A stretch of DNA of 64,000 bases, from positions 736,001-800,000 of the forward strand of contig CAWCNY010000003.1 of NCBI GenBank assembly GCA_963797095.1, written 5' to 3'. This DNA comes from an uncultured Chloroflexia bacterium. Lineage in GTDB: Bacteria > Chloroflexota > Chloroflexia > QHBQ01 > JADMIH01. Shown here piece by piece: positions 40,226-50,616 of this stretch. Position 1 is the first letter of the stretch. The number at the start of each line of letters is the position of its first letter. The notes below the pieces were generated by a model. The model had not been told where the DNA came from, searched no databases, and saw only the letters and a program-made list of their open reading frames with translations. Position numbers and translations under genes: made by a program.

Positions 40226-40643
40226 GTAGGGTAAGAGGCCGGGTCTTGGTCGCCCAAGAACACCAACCCCTCCTTCGATCCATATCCCGGTGGTGAACCA
40301 CTGAGAGCGCCTATTTCCTGAACGCGAAGTATTGGACTATAGGACCCGAACCCCTTCAATTCACGGCCAGGTGGAGTGTAAACGAAGAAGCGTTCCCAGG
40401 TCGTTCCCTCAGGTCACATGCCACCCTTGATTGTTCCCTTTACTTGGCTTTTGCATAGCTGGTTCTTTGATTCGTACTCATGCAGAGTCCTCCATAGCGT
40501 ATCGAATGACCAGAACCCCATGCCCTTGTTGCATCAGAACCGTATAAGCTATTGCGCTCGAATCATCCACGGGACTGCTACTCGCGTATACCTCGTTGTT
40601 TACCTTTCAGTGCCACACTAAATTGGGCGAGTTTGCCTCGCAC
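40226..40643 (-). mobile_element. Internally deleted group II intron remnant (418 nt)
   Basis: 5' GTGCGAGGCAAACTCGC; 3' GGATCGAAGGAGGGG...TCTTGGGCGACCAAGA...CTTACCCTAC (end of DV + DVI). Confidence 0.6.
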
Positions 40644-40799
40644 ACAACACGCAGGCTGGTCAGATAGCGCGTAGAGCGCTGACGTTGCCGTGTTCGCCTG
40701 GCTGTTGATGGACACCGTGGTGGAGTTGCCTAATGGCCTGGTGGCGTACAGCATGCCAACTGCCGGCAGCACCGGGCAACTTGTATGAGGAGGTTGGAA

Positions 40800-41621
40800 A
40801 TGGCGGTCCTGAGTGCACGAAGACCTTCGAGAGAGGCTTTGGGAGAAGAAGATACGGATCCAGGCTCATCATGGAAGGGTCTCTATCGAGTGGGAGCTGT
40901 TTCGGCTGCTCTCTATGTTCTTCTGATAATAGTACCGGTCGTGCTCCTCAACATAGCGCCACAGCCTCCGCTATCGGGTGGGGCAGCCGTACTCCAGTAC
41001 ATTGCCTCAAACAAGACGGTCTACATAATAGAGTTGGTCTCATTCGTGGGGCTCAGTCTGCCTGCCATGATCGTCTTCCTGGCCCTCTATGCGGCGCTCA
41101 AGCATCTGAACAGCAGCTACGCGGCGCTGGGTGCTTTGGTAGGTATCGCCTCCGAGGTTATCGCCCTGGCCTACAGTAGCAGTCCTCCATCGCTCCATGT
41201 CGGTCTGGTGAACCTGAGCGACCGGTACGCGGCACTCACAACCGAAGCCCAACGTGCATCGTTGGCGTCTGCCGCCGAGGGACTGATCGCGATCAGCAAC
41301 GCGGTGAATAGTGCCGGCATCTTGACCGCCCTGGGTATCCTGATCATCTCGCTGGCTATGCTGATGGGCGTCTTCTCCAAAGGTGTTGCCTATCTGGGCA
41401 TAGCGACAGGTGCGCTGGGCATAGTGTGTGAGACCTTCCGGGATGTTATAGGCCCTGGCTACTATATCTACGGTCTCCTCCTCCCCACCTGGTTTATTGC
41501 GGTTGGCTGGAAACTCTACCGGCTCGGATCGAGCAGTTCACACTTGGGGAGAACCACCCTCAGCGGTCGCGGCTTTTCGGCGACAAGACGCTTCCTCGGC
41601 AAGAGTGAGGAAGAACGGTAG
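40800..41621 (+). CDS. DUF4386-like membrane protein
   Basis: GAGGAGG RBS before ATG 40800; multiple TM segments; WKGLYRVG...FLALYAAL...FSKGVAYLG. Confidence 0.65.
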   Translation: MAVLSARRPSREALGEEDTDPGSSWKGLYRVGAVSAALYVLLIIVPVVLLNIAPQPPLSGGAAVLQYIASNKTVYIIELVSFVGLSLPAMIVFLALYAALKHLNSSYAALGALVGIASEVIALAYSSSPPSLHVGLVNLSDRYAALTTEAQRASLASAAEGLIAISNAVNSAGILTALGILIISLAMLMGVFSKGVAYLGIATGALGIVCETFRDVIGPGYYIYGLLLPTWFIAVGWKLYRLGSSSSHLGRTTLSGRGFSATRRFLGKSEEER

Positions 41622-41639
41622 AAAGATAGGAACACAGCT

Positions 41640-42143
41640 ATGAAGACGCCAGACAAGATACCCTCGCCCACATCTCCAGGCAATCAAACTCCCATATCCC
41701 CTATGCCGGCCTACCGGCAATCGCCCTGGTCGATACTGCACCTGGTCAACCCGCTGACACGTTTGCTGGTGGGAAGATTGGGTCTGGGCAACGACGGGGT
41801 GCGCATACTCGAGGTGAAAGGCCGGAAGAGCGCCATGTGGCATTCCACTCCGGTGAGAATGCTCGAAGTAGATGGGAGGCGGTATCTGGTCGCGCTACAG
41901 GGCGAAACCCAGTGGGTTAGAAACCTCAGGGTCCAGGGAGGCGGACGGCTCCGACTTGGCAAGAATGTTATGCAGTTCCAGGCTAGAGAACTACCCGACG
42001 AACGGAAGTCACCGGTTCTACGTGCATACTTCAAGCGTTGGTGGTCCCAGAGCGCGCCGCTAACTACTGTGAAATCGTCCGAGGCATCAGACGCAGAGAT
42101 CGCAACGGCAGCCCCAACGCACCCGGTATTTGCGCTTGAGTGA
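41640..42143 (+). CDS. Deazaflavin (F420)-dependent nitroreductase family protein
   Basis: LEVKGRKS...STPV...GETQWVRNLR...HPVF. Confidence 0.8.
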   Translation: MKTPDKIPSPTSPGNQTPISPMPAYRQSPWSILHLVNPLTRLLVGRLGLGNDGVRILEVKGRKSAMWHSTPVRMLEVDGRRYLVALQGETQWVRNLRVQGGGRLRLGKNVMQFQARELPDERKSPVLRAYFKRWWSQSAPLTTVKSSEASDAEIATAAPTHPVFALE

Positions 42144-42278
42144 TAGGAATATGCCGGGCCAGGCACGCAAGATGGTCAGCGAGTAGCAACTCGCCTGGAG
42201 CCTGGGAGCAAAGCCAGGTAACGCATAGAACGCGGTGGAGCACAGCACCGTGGAGACAGCACATCAGGAGGTAATACC

Positions 42279-42806
42279 ATGAGCAACACATCTTTATCAC
42301 AGGAGAGGCCAAAAGTTGGGTCGGTCGTAGAGCTGGCCCGCGAGGTCGCGGGAATACAAGCACCCGCAGGCAGGTCTGGCATACGTGCGAAGCTCGGCCC
42401 CGGCGTGGTACAAGAGATCGGTATGGATGGCGTGATCGGCGAGGTTCGAGTACACTGGCCCTCTGCTGAGCTCGATACGTGGGTCGCCGTCGAGGATCTA
42501 GAGCCGACCGGCCCACAAGCACGCCTGGTGGCGATATACAGGTACGGTGCAGGTGGGCATCGCATATTGGACAGGTGCAAGGTAGTCAGTGACAGGGGTC
42601 TCAACTACAACTGGACAGTTGAGCTTTTCCCCGGAAACATAGTAAGGACGGTGCGCTCGGACGGGCTGGCCTGGACGTTCGATTGGAATCCGATGGTCGA
42701 AAGAGCCCAACCACACGGCACGATCATAGAAGATGAACTGAAGAACGCGCTGGCGGAAGACGAGCAGGCTGAAGCCCTTACCGTGGCGGAGCTTTCGACC
42801 ACCTGA
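42279..42806 (+). CDS. Hypothetical protein
   Basis: AGGAGG RBS, 175-aa ORF with globular composition. Confidence 0.65.
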   Translation: MSNTSLSQERPKVGSVVELAREVAGIQAPAGRSGIRAKLGPGVVQEIGMDGVIGEVRVHWPSAELDTWVAVEDLEPTGPQARLVAIYRYGAGGHRILDRCKVVSDRGLNYNWTVELFPGNIVRTVRSDGLAWTFDWNPMVERAQPHGTIIEDELKNALAEDEQAEALTVAELSTT

Positions 42807-42911
42807 CTTAGGGCCAAGCAGTGCTGACGATGAGCGCGGCGTCCAGGCACCGCACATCTCTCGTTACTCGCCAAGCCGAGGATAATGATGCCCGATGTTG
42901 CGCGTCGAGGT

Positions 42912-43367
42912 TCAGCGTGTCCCTGGTTTTGAATCACCCTCGAGAATCTCCTTCATCCGTATGAGGCTCTGCTGATTCTCTGCCGGAACCTGCTCCTTCC
43001 GCATCAACAGTATCTGCTCTCCCAAAGTACCAATCGGTTCAAAGCGGACGCGCTGCACGAGATGCGTGCCGCCGTTTCGCGGGCTTAGGGCAAAAGACCA
43101 ACGCGTCCGAAAGACCTGGTGATCGGTGGACTCCCAACCGATCAGGGAGGGGGCTTCGAGCGCGGTGATGCGTGCGAAGCTCACAAGTTCCTGCGGCAAC
43201 GTTTCGCTGGCTTTGAATTCGGTGCCAACCCCAACCGGTCCTGGCGTAACTTGCTCCAGCACCGCCACGCTCATAGACCATTCAGCGTGCCGGCCGAAAT
43301 CCGCCAGATAACGATACACTTCGTCAGGCGGCGCGTCTATGTCGATACTTTCTTCATGTTCCCACAT
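42912..43367 (-). CDS. SRPBCC (START/polyketide cyclase) family protein
   Basis: ESIDIDAPPDEVYRYLADF...W...GPVGVGTEF...GGTHL. Confidence 0.85.
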   Translation of the reverse strand: MWEHEESIDIDAPPDEVYRYLADFGRHAEWSMSVAVLEQVTPGPVGVGTEFKASETLPQELVSFARITALEAPSLIGWESTDHQVFRTRWSFALSPRNGGTHLVQRVRFEPIGTLGEQILLMRKEQVPAENQQSLIRMKEILEGDSKPGTR

Positions 43368-43368
43368 G

Positions 43369-45141
43369 TTATCCCCCTCCGATGATATTTCGTACTTGAG
43401 CTAAAGCCAGGAACGAATCGCGCAGTGCCTGCAAGGGCACCTGCTCCGCGATACGTGTTATGATGTCGCGCGCCTGGTCGCGGCAGGCATCTGCATCGAG
43501 CGCATTTCCAAGCTCGCTTTCGATCTCCGCCAGTGCGCCGAGGATTTGCCACAAATCCCAACGCGCTCCCAGCGCTTCAGCTTCGACACGCCCCTGTCTC
43601 AAGCTCTCACGTGCGGCTTCAGTTTGTCCGAGCGCTCGCTGCGCCAGCGCCAGAATGTATAGCACCTCAGGAACGAGCGGGCGTGCACCGAAAGTGCGCA
43701 ACCGGTCGAGCCACGGCGGCGCGAGATCTATGACGCCTGAATAGTCATTTTGCGCGTTGATAAGCTGGATCTTCCCGAAAGTTATGTAGGCCGAAAAGAG
43801 CGGATCGTAGTTTTGTTCCTTGCCTTCATACGATCCCATGTGAGATGCAGCTTGATCCAATTTACCAGCCAGCAAAAGGGTTTGGACGAGCGACACTGCC
43901 GCATAAGGGCTAAGTGCCTCATAATTCGCAACTGCAAACTCAAGCGCGCGCTCCGCTAAGTCTATACCATGCTCGGTTGCGCCCAGCCTGGCGTAAACTA
44001 CTGCTAGGTCAGAGCGCGTCATCACTTGCGGGATTAGATAACCCGACACTTCGCTCAAGCGTAGCGTTTCCTCCATCGACGCGATCGCTCGTCCCGGATC
44101 GCCCCATGCCCAATAAACAATGCCCAGCGTGGATAGACTGTAGGTTTGCCCCCACAGATTGCCTATCTCTTGACTGATTTTGAGGGCTTCTTCGCCCGCC
44201 TGGAGCGTCATCTGGTAATCGCCGCGAAAGCTCTCACTTTGTGCCATCGTCGCGAGGCTATCCGCGAGCATGGGGAGGTTGTCGAGTTCGCGCCACAGAC
44301 GGCTCGCTTCCTCGATGGTTACTTTTGCCTGGTCGAAATCCCCGATAAAGGTATAGACATGGGAGGCATCGTTGAGGGTGAACGCCAATTGCTCGCGCAG
44401 GTCCAGATCGCGCGCGATGGCCGCCGACTGTTCACCGGCGGTAAGGGCTTCAGCCAATCGATTCGTAAAACGGTAAAGATTGAGCAGGTCCCAGAAAACT
44501 TTGGCCTCGACCGCGCGGTCTCCCAACTCCCGCGCCAGATGTGCTGTGCGGTTTGCCAGGTCCTCCCCCAGGTCTGGATTGAACTCCGGATTCGGTGTGC
44601 AGCGGATCTGGCACTGCGCCGCCAGGGCCGCCAACTCCAGGCCGCGATCACCGCGCGTCCGGGCGAGTGCTTGCATCTCCTCATAGTAGTCCAGCGCAGC
44701 TTTAAACTGCGAGGATAATTCCAGTACGCGCCCACGGCGCAGGAGTAGATCGCACAGCAATTGGCTGCTCGCGTCCGGGTCACGCCGTACAAGATCCAGG
44801 GCGCGGGTGTAATGAGCTAAGGCCTCGATGTTGGCATTGACGCGCATGGCTACATCGCCTGCTCGCATCGAGAACTCCACGGCCTTCGCCTCATTGCCGG
44901 CCTCGGCATGGTGCTGCGCCAACACCGGGGCGTACTCGTCCAATTGATCGGCATAGATCTGCTCTATCGCTTCTGCCACGTGGCGATAAATCCTGCGCCT
45001 CGTTTGTTTCAACAACGTGGCGTACGCCGTCTCTTGTGTGAGCGCGTGCTTGAATATGTAGGCCGGGTCAGGATCGTGAGTGCGGCGCACCAGTTGTGCG
45101 GTTTCAAGTTGGGTGAGTTGCTTTTCAATTGATGGTGTCAT
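43369..45141 (-). CDS. wHTH+TPR protein, C-terminal half of a split cyclase-STAND-TPR
   Basis: YIFKHALTQETAYATLL...LAQHH...AG followed by TPRs; ATGA overlap with the upstream gene. Confidence 0.85.
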   Translation of the reverse strand: MTPSIEKQLTQLETAQLVRRTHDPDPAYIFKHALTQETAYATLLKQTRRRIYRHVAEAIEQIYADQLDEYAPVLAQHHAEAGNEAKAVEFSMRAGDVAMRVNANIEALAHYTRALDLVRRDPDASSQLLCDLLLRRGRVLELSSQFKAALDYYEEMQALARTRGDRGLELAALAAQCQIRCTPNPEFNPDLGEDLANRTAHLARELGDRAVEAKVFWDLLNLYRFTNRLAEALTAGEQSAAIARDLDLREQLAFTLNDASHVYTFIGDFDQAKVTIEEASRLWRELDNLPMLADSLATMAQSESFRGDYQMTLQAGEEALKISQEIGNLWGQTYSLSTLGIVYWAWGDPGRAIASMEETLRLSEVSGYLIPQVMTRSDLAVVYARLGATEHGIDLAERALEFAVANYEALSPYAAVSLVQTLLLAGKLDQAASHMGSYEGKEQNYDPLFSAYITFGKIQLINAQNDYSGVIDLAPPWLDRLRTFGARPLVPEVLYILALAQRALGQTEAARESLRQGRVEAEALGARWDLWQILGALAEIESELGNALDADACRDQARDIITRIAEQVPLQALRDSFLALAQVRNIIGGG

Positions 45142-47051
45142 TCTCGCGCCGCCTGCATTTCCAAAACACGCTCCAGCACTTTGACGTTGAATTTGCGCCC
45201 GATCACCGCCGCGATTTGCAGGGTGCGTTTCGCCACTTCGGACAGTTGATCCATGCGAGCAGTCAACACACCTTGCAGGGTGTCGGGGATTTCGACGCTC
45301 ATTTCACGCGTAACCGTCCACTGACCGGATTGGAACGTAATGCCGCCGCGATCAATCAGCATCCGCAAAACTTCTTCCACGAAGAACGGATTGCCTTCAG
45401 CTTTGGCGAGAATCAACTGCCGCAGCAATTCGGGCAGCGCTTCGAAATTGAGCAAGTTGTTGATAAGCTGCTGGCTGTCCTTCTCCGAAAGGGGTGCGAG
45501 GTATAGCTCGGTGGCGCCTATGCCCGCGATTTCGCGCGCCTGCGTTATCAATTTCCAGCCCGCCGATGTTTGGTCGTTGCGCGTGACAAAGACAAAAACG
45601 ACCGGGGCGCTCGCCGCGAGTGGAGTAATTTGCGTGCAGAGTTCAATCGATGAGGGGTCTGCCCAGTGTATATCCTCGCACACAATGACGAGTGGCGCGG
45701 TGTGCGACAGCGTTTGCAGGAATCTTTTGTAGGCGGCGATGTACTGCGCTTGCAGGGCGGGGCCTTCGAGGTATTTCACCCGTGCCGCCGCGTCGTCTTC
45801 CAATCTCAATCCGAGCAAATGCCCCAGGAAAGGATAGATTTCTCTACCGTCGGGACCCAAAGAGTTGAGGGTGTGCCGGAGCGCGGCGTGTGTCTCTTCT
45901 TCCGACGAGCCTGCCGGAGCGCCGATCAGCGCGCGCAAAATCTCGGTGCTGAGGTGGTGGGCAATCGACGCGGCATACGAGAGACAGCGTGCTTCTATCC
46001 AGCGCACCGGGGCTTCCGGCTCGGTGAAAGCGGCTTTGCGCCATTCGGCGATCAGACGTGACTTACCCAGTCCGGCCTCGCCAATCACAGCGATAATCGA
46101 GCCACGTCCCAGGCGCGCGTCCGAAATGACTTGCAACAATGTCGAGAATTCTCGCTGGCGACCGACCATCGGCGAATCCAGCCCCGCGATACCGCGCCTC
46201 TGAGTGACGCCCTTGCGCTCACCGATCGGTCGATACGTTTGGATCGGTTCTTCTTTGCCTTTAACGGCGATCTTGCCGCAATCCTCGAATTCAAACAATG
46301 GCGCGATCAGCCTCTGCGTGCTCTCTGAGATGAGGATCGTGTTCGGTTCGGCGGCGGTCTGCATCCGCGAGGCGAGGTTGATTGCATCGCCCATCGCGGT
46401 GTACTCCGATTTCAAGTCGCTGCCGATATTGCCTACAACGACGAGTCCGGTGTTAAGACCGATGCGAACGCCGAAGTCCAGACCTCTTTCCGATTGCAGT
46501 TTTTCGCGGTACCGGTTCATCCCGGAGAGAATAGCCAGCGCGGCCAGCACTCCGCGCTGTGGGTCGTCTTCGTGCGCAATCGGTGCGCCGAAGAAGGCCA
46601 GGATAGCATCACCCATTAGCCGTGCGACTATGCCTTCGTAACGGTAAATAGGCTCGATAAGAAATTCGAACGCGCTGTTCATAATCTCGGCCCAGTCTTC
46701 CGGGTCGAGTTTCTCCGCCAGCGCTGTCGAGCCTTTGATATCGGCAAAGAGAATCGTGACGATGCGGCGCTCGCCTTCGATACTGCCTGTGAGCGCGGCG
46801 GCGATCTTCGACGCTATCTCTTTTATCACATAGCGGTCGATTAACGCTTGGGGTGAAGCGGCGGCGCGAGCGGACGTGGGTGCGGGCGCGGCCTGCGCGG
46901 CTTGCAGCGTGTAGCCGCAGTTCTTGCAAAAGCGAGCACCCTGCGAAACGAGCTTGCCGCAGTTAGGGCATTTCATCTCCAACGGCTTACCACAGTTCTC
47001 GCAGAACTTAGCGTCACCGGGATTTTCAAAAGAGCAGTTGAAGCACTTCAT
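45138..47051 (-). CDS. Double zinc ribbon + class III adenylate/guanylate cyclase + STAND ATPase
   Basis: CxxC x4, FADIKGST, GDAILAFFGAP, GDAINLASRMQ, GEAGLGKSRL, EDIHWAD, GNPFFVEE. Confidence 0.92.
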   Translation of the reverse strand: MKCFNCSFENPGDAKFCENCGKPLEMKCPNCGKLVSQGARFCKNCGYTLQAAQAAPAPTSARAAASPQALIDRYVIKEIASKIAAALTGSIEGERRIVTILFADIKGSTALAEKLDPEDWAEIMNSAFEFLIEPIYRYEGIVARLMGDAILAFFGAPIAHEDDPQRGVLAALAILSGMNRYREKLQSERGLDFGVRIGLNTGLVVVGNIGSDLKSEYTAMGDAINLASRMQTAAEPNTILISESTQRLIAPLFEFEDCGKIAVKGKEEPIQTYRPIGERKGVTQRRGIAGLDSPMVGRQREFSTLLQVISDARLGRGSIIAVIGEAGLGKSRLIAEWRKAAFTEPEAPVRWIEARCLSYAASIAHHLSTEILRALIGAPAGSSEEETHAALRHTLNSLGPDGREIYPFLGHLLGLRLEDDAAARVKYLEGPALQAQYIAAYKRFLQTLSHTAPLVIVCEDIHWADPSSIELCTQITPLAASAPVVFVFVTRNDQTSAGWKLITQAREIAGIGATELYLAPLSEKDSQQLINNLLNFEALPELLRQLILAKAEGNPFFVEEVLRMLIDRGGITFQSGQWTVTREMSVEIPDTLQGVLTARMDQLSEVAKRTLQIAAVIGRKFNVKVLERVLEMQAARE

Positions 47052-47360
47052 CGAAAACTCTTTACCGGTCAGCTTCGGCAGACCACACGAGCCTTATACA
47101 CGGCGGTTAATACTCGCCGAGCACGCCCCTCAGTGTATTACATATTTCGCCTAATGTCACGGTGTCTTTGACGCACGCCAGGATACCGAGCAACAAATTC
47201 TCAGTCTATCTGGCGGCTACTCACCCACTCACCTTTGGAAAAAAGTAACGCTGATATGAAGCGTCAGAGCTCAGCGCAGCAGGTCGTGTGCGCTGAGGTT
47301 GGATCGCCACTGTGCTTCTCGGCCAGCTGGCCCGCACCATCCAAATCGCTTGCTCCCTTC

Positions 47361-50102
47361 TCACGAAGCAATGCCCTCTGAGATGGCATCCTCCAGGCTC
47401 AGATTTGTGCCATAGCCATACGCCTGCTCGTAAACAGCCTGCCCCAGGCACGAACGAACCGTCGAGGTCAACCTGTCTCGGACGGTAGCCCGGACAGGAA
47501 CAATCCTGGAGTTAAGTTCGACGCGGGCAGTCTCTGCGGCACCGAGTAAGGTAGCTGCGCGTCGAAGTCGGTCTTGGTTGCCTATTTCTCGCCTTTTGCT
47601 CCCGCTCGGAGCGTGCTCTTCGGCTTTGCCATCTTTGCCATCGCTCAGGCCGCTCAGAGCCAGCTCTATTTCCGCCAATCCTTCCAGGCTGTCCGCCACC
47701 CTGTGCATGGCTCCGCTCCTCGCCAACTTCAGACTTTCCCGGAAGAGCGCTGCAGCCCTGGCGTAGTCGCCCAATCCCATCGTCGCGAACGCCAGGGCAG
47801 AGATGCTCCAACTTGGGGTCAACCGCAACTTGGCACGCTTCGCGAGCGCGATTGATTCCTCAAGGCAGCGAGCGGCGCGGGCGTACTCTCCCCGGTAGCA
47901 TAGCATCGCGCCCAGGTCGCGAAGCGCTCCATGGGTGACATACGTGTCCCCTAACCGCTTGCCTATGCCGAGACCCTCTTCCAGCAAAGACACCGCCCGC
48001 TCTAAATCTCCGCCGTCGCCTGATGCATTTCCAAGCGCCCACAGCGAGTTGGCGAGAAACAACTCTTGCCCGCGCGCTCGGCTGGTCCGCACGCATTCCT
48101 CGTATAAGGACCGCGCCCTGGCGTAGTCCCCCTGCATTCTGGCTACATTTCCCAGGTAAAGGCGGGCATGTTGTGCTACACTCTCCAGGTCAAACTTTTC
48201 TGATATCGAGAAGGCCTCTTCCAGTCGTGCCCGGGCCGTCAGGTAATCGCACATGTAGACACTCATCATAGCGGCGCTCATGAGCAGTTCCGCTTGCTTG
48301 GCCGCCCGCTCAGGATCTGCCCTGGCCGCCTCGGCTTGCGCCGAAATAACCTGCAACAGCCAGTCGCGGCTCTCTCTAAAATAGCCTCGCAGGTGCCAGT
48401 AGCGAGACAGGGCGATGCCGAGCCGGGAAGCCATGTCCAACCGCTGGTTGTCGATAGTCCAGGTCAGCACGGCCCTCAGGTTGTCGTAGTCAGCGTCCAG
48501 GCGGCTATAGACCCCTATTTCGCTTTCACCGAAGGAGGCAAGAGGGATGCTTGAGGCTATTGCAAGGTAATACTCGGCGTGCAGCAGCCTCAGGTCGTCC
48601 AGTTCGTCGCTCTCCGCCAGACGTTCCAGGGCGTATTCGCGAATCGTTTCCAGCATGGTAAATCGCGGCTCGTCGCCTGCCATCTCGGAGTGGCTGAGCT
48701 CTTTCTTCAGCAGGTTCTTGTGCAATAGCTGCGACACTCCTTCAAACATCCCGAAGCTGAGATCTGAACGAGCGTTGCATACAGCATCCGCCCCCGCCAG
48801 CGTGAAACTCCCTCGAAATACCCCCAACCGTCTGAACAACACCTGCTCGTCGCCGCTCAACAGGCTGTAGCTCCAACCAATGGCGTCCCGCAGGGTTTTG
48901 TGCCTTTCGGGAAGATCACGCGCCCCACCCGCGAGCAGGTCCAACGGCCCGTGATGCTCTTGCCGTTCTTGCATGCTTGCCGCATGCACATGCGCGTCCT
49001 GCAGCCGAGCCAGCAGCGATTTCAGCGGCAGCATCTTCGTGCGAGCCGCCACCAATTCGATAGCCAGCGGCAGCCCATCCAGCCGGGCGCAGATAGCGGC
49101 CACCAGCAGAACTGTCTCACGTGTGAGCTTGAAGAGCCTCTCGATCGCCCGGGCGCGCTCAACGAAGAGGGCCACAGCCGGGATTTCAGCCAGCGCCTCT
49201 GCGGTCATGCGGTCGATCTGGTCCGCACCCGGCACAGGCAGAGGCAACACGCTGAACTCCTGCTCCCCCCGCAACTTCAGCGCCTCCCGGCTCGTGACCA
49301 CGATCTTGAGGTGCTGGCAAGCCGCCAGCAAAGAGGCGATATCGGGAGCCGCTTGCACCACCTGCTCAAAATTGTCGAGCAGCAGCAGAGTGCGCCTGTG
49401 CCTCAGGAATCGCTTGAGAGTATCGATCAAGGGCTGAGCGCCCGTCTCTTGCAGGTCGAGGGCCCGCGCTATCGCCGGTATGACCATCTCGGGGTCGCTC
49501 AGGGAAGCAAGAGGCACCCAGAATATCCCATCCTCGATCTCACGAGCAGCCAGCGAGAGATCGTACTCCCCCGGCAATGCTTCGCCGTCCGCCAATGCAA
49601 GTTGCGCACCTACTTGCAGGGCCAGGCTGGTCTTACCGATGCCGGGCGGGCCGGTCAGCGTTAGCAGGCGTGTATCACCTCGGAGCAGCATTTCCCGAAC
49701 AGCAGCCAGTTCCTCGCCGCGCCCAATAAGCGGAGTGGGCTGAACGGGAAGATTGTTCGGACCTGTGATGGGTGACCGGTGACCCGCGTCCAACGACCGG
49801 TCGTCGCCCGTCGCCCGTCGCCCGTTGATGTGTCGGGCGGGCGAGGTTCCCCTGGCAAGTGTTACGAACGATTCGCGCTCACCCTCCGCTATGCGCAGGC
49901 ACCCTGCCAGCAACTCGGCCACCTGTCTTGAAGCTCTGCGCTGCCCGTGTTCGATCAGCCGGATTGTTGTGGCCGTGCAACCCACGCAGTAAGCGAGTTG
50001 CTCCTGGGTCAGGTCCAGTTCCTTGCGGCGCTCCTTGAGCCACCGCCCGAAAGATTGAGCGTCAGCCATGAGTGCGTTCCATGCCCGTATCTTGAGCGAC
50101 AT
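47361..50102 (-). CDS. XRE HTH + NB-ARC ATPase + TPR regulator (start probably 50069)
   Basis: [20 protein letters not shown]; GPPGIGKT; LLLDNFEQ; [14 protein letters not shown]; [12 protein letters not shown]. Confidence 0.92.
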   Translation of the reverse strand: MSLKIRAWNALMADAQSFGRWLKERRKELDLTQEQLAYCVGCTATTIRLIEHGQRRASRQVAELLAGCLRIAEGERESFVTLARGTSPARHINGRRATGDDRSLDAGHRSPITGPNNLPVQPTPLIGRGEELAAVREMLLRGDTRLLTLTGPPGIGKTSLALQVGAQLALADGEALPGEYDLSLAAREIEDGIFWVPLASLSDPEMVIPAIARALDLQETGAQPLIDTLKRFLRHRRTLLLLDNFEQVVQAAPDIASLLAACQHLKIVVTSREALKLRGEQEFSVLPLPVPGADQIDRMTAEALAEIPAVALFVERARAIERLFKLTRETVLLVAAICARLDGLPLAIELVAARTKMLPLKSLLARLQDAHVHAASMQERQEHHGPLDLLAGGARDLPERHKTLRDAIGWSYSLLSGDEQVLFRRLGVFRGSFTLAGADAVCNARSDLSFGMFEGVSQLLHKNLLKKELSHSEMAGDEPRFTMLETIREYALERLAESDELDDLRLLHAEYYLAIASSIPLASFGESEIGVYSRLDADYDNLRAVLTWTIDNQRLDMASRLGIALSRYWHLRGYFRESRDWLLQVISAQAEAARADPERAAKQAELLMSAAMMSVYMCDYLTARARLEEAFSISEKFDLESVAQHARLYLGNVARMQGDYARARSLYEECVRTSRARGQELFLANSLWALGNASGDGGDLERAVSLLEEGLGIGKRLGDTYVTHGALRDLGAMLCYRGEYARAARCLEESIALAKRAKLRLTPSWSISALAFATMGLGDYARAAALFRESLKLARSGAMHRVADSLEGLAEIELALSGLSDGKDGKAEEHAPSGSKRREIGNQDRLRRAATLLGAAETARVELNSRIVPVRATVRDRLTSTVRSCLGQAVYEQAYGYGTNLSLEDAISEGIAS

Positions 50103-50118
50103 ACATCGCGCGAATCAG

Positions 50119-50143
50119 GTTCGGTTTTTGTTCGGTTTTTGTT
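50119..50143. promoter_or_regulatory. 11-bp direct repeat in a divergent promoter region
   Basis: GTTCGGTTTTT x2 + GTT. Confidence 0.45.
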
Positions 50144-50278
50144 GTGACCATTATAGCCTCACTCGCGCTTTAATGTAAGTGCCGGGACCCCGCCCGCCTC
50201 CGAGCGCCGGAGCCCGTAATCTATGCGAGGCGTGACGCTAAACGAAACGCTTAAGAGGCCCGGCGAGGGAGGCTTCAA

Positions 50279-50536
50279 GTGGAAGAAGGCAAAGATATGA
50301 GTTCATCACATCTATTCCTGGTGCGGTTGTGGCTGGAAGGGGGAGATGCTGAACGCAGTCCCTGGAAGTTTCGGGTGCAGCACGTCAATACTGGGAAGAC
50401 AGGCACATCCGATGGGGAGACATCGCTTATGGACCTGCTCGTTTCGATGGTACCCCACTCGAATCCCACACTTGCACCGCCAAAACCTGAGTACAACTCT
50501 GACCACGTGCGCGAGAGCGGACAATCCGGTAGTTGA
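50279..50536 (+). CDS. Small hypothetical protein (FLVRLWxE...W...VQHVxTG family)
   Basis: GGAGG RBS; compact beta-rich motif; directly upstream of the large SLH gene. Confidence 0.6.
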   Translation: MEEGKDMSSSHLFLVRLWLEGGDAERSPWKFRVQHVNTGKTGTSDGETSLMDLLVSMVPHSNPTLAPPKPEYNSDHVRESGQSGS

Positions 50537-50616
50537 ACCGCCAGTAATAATGTCTCCTGACGCACAGTGATGCCGAGGGCAAATGATAAACAGCATGGTA
50601 AACAGGAGGAACGGAC

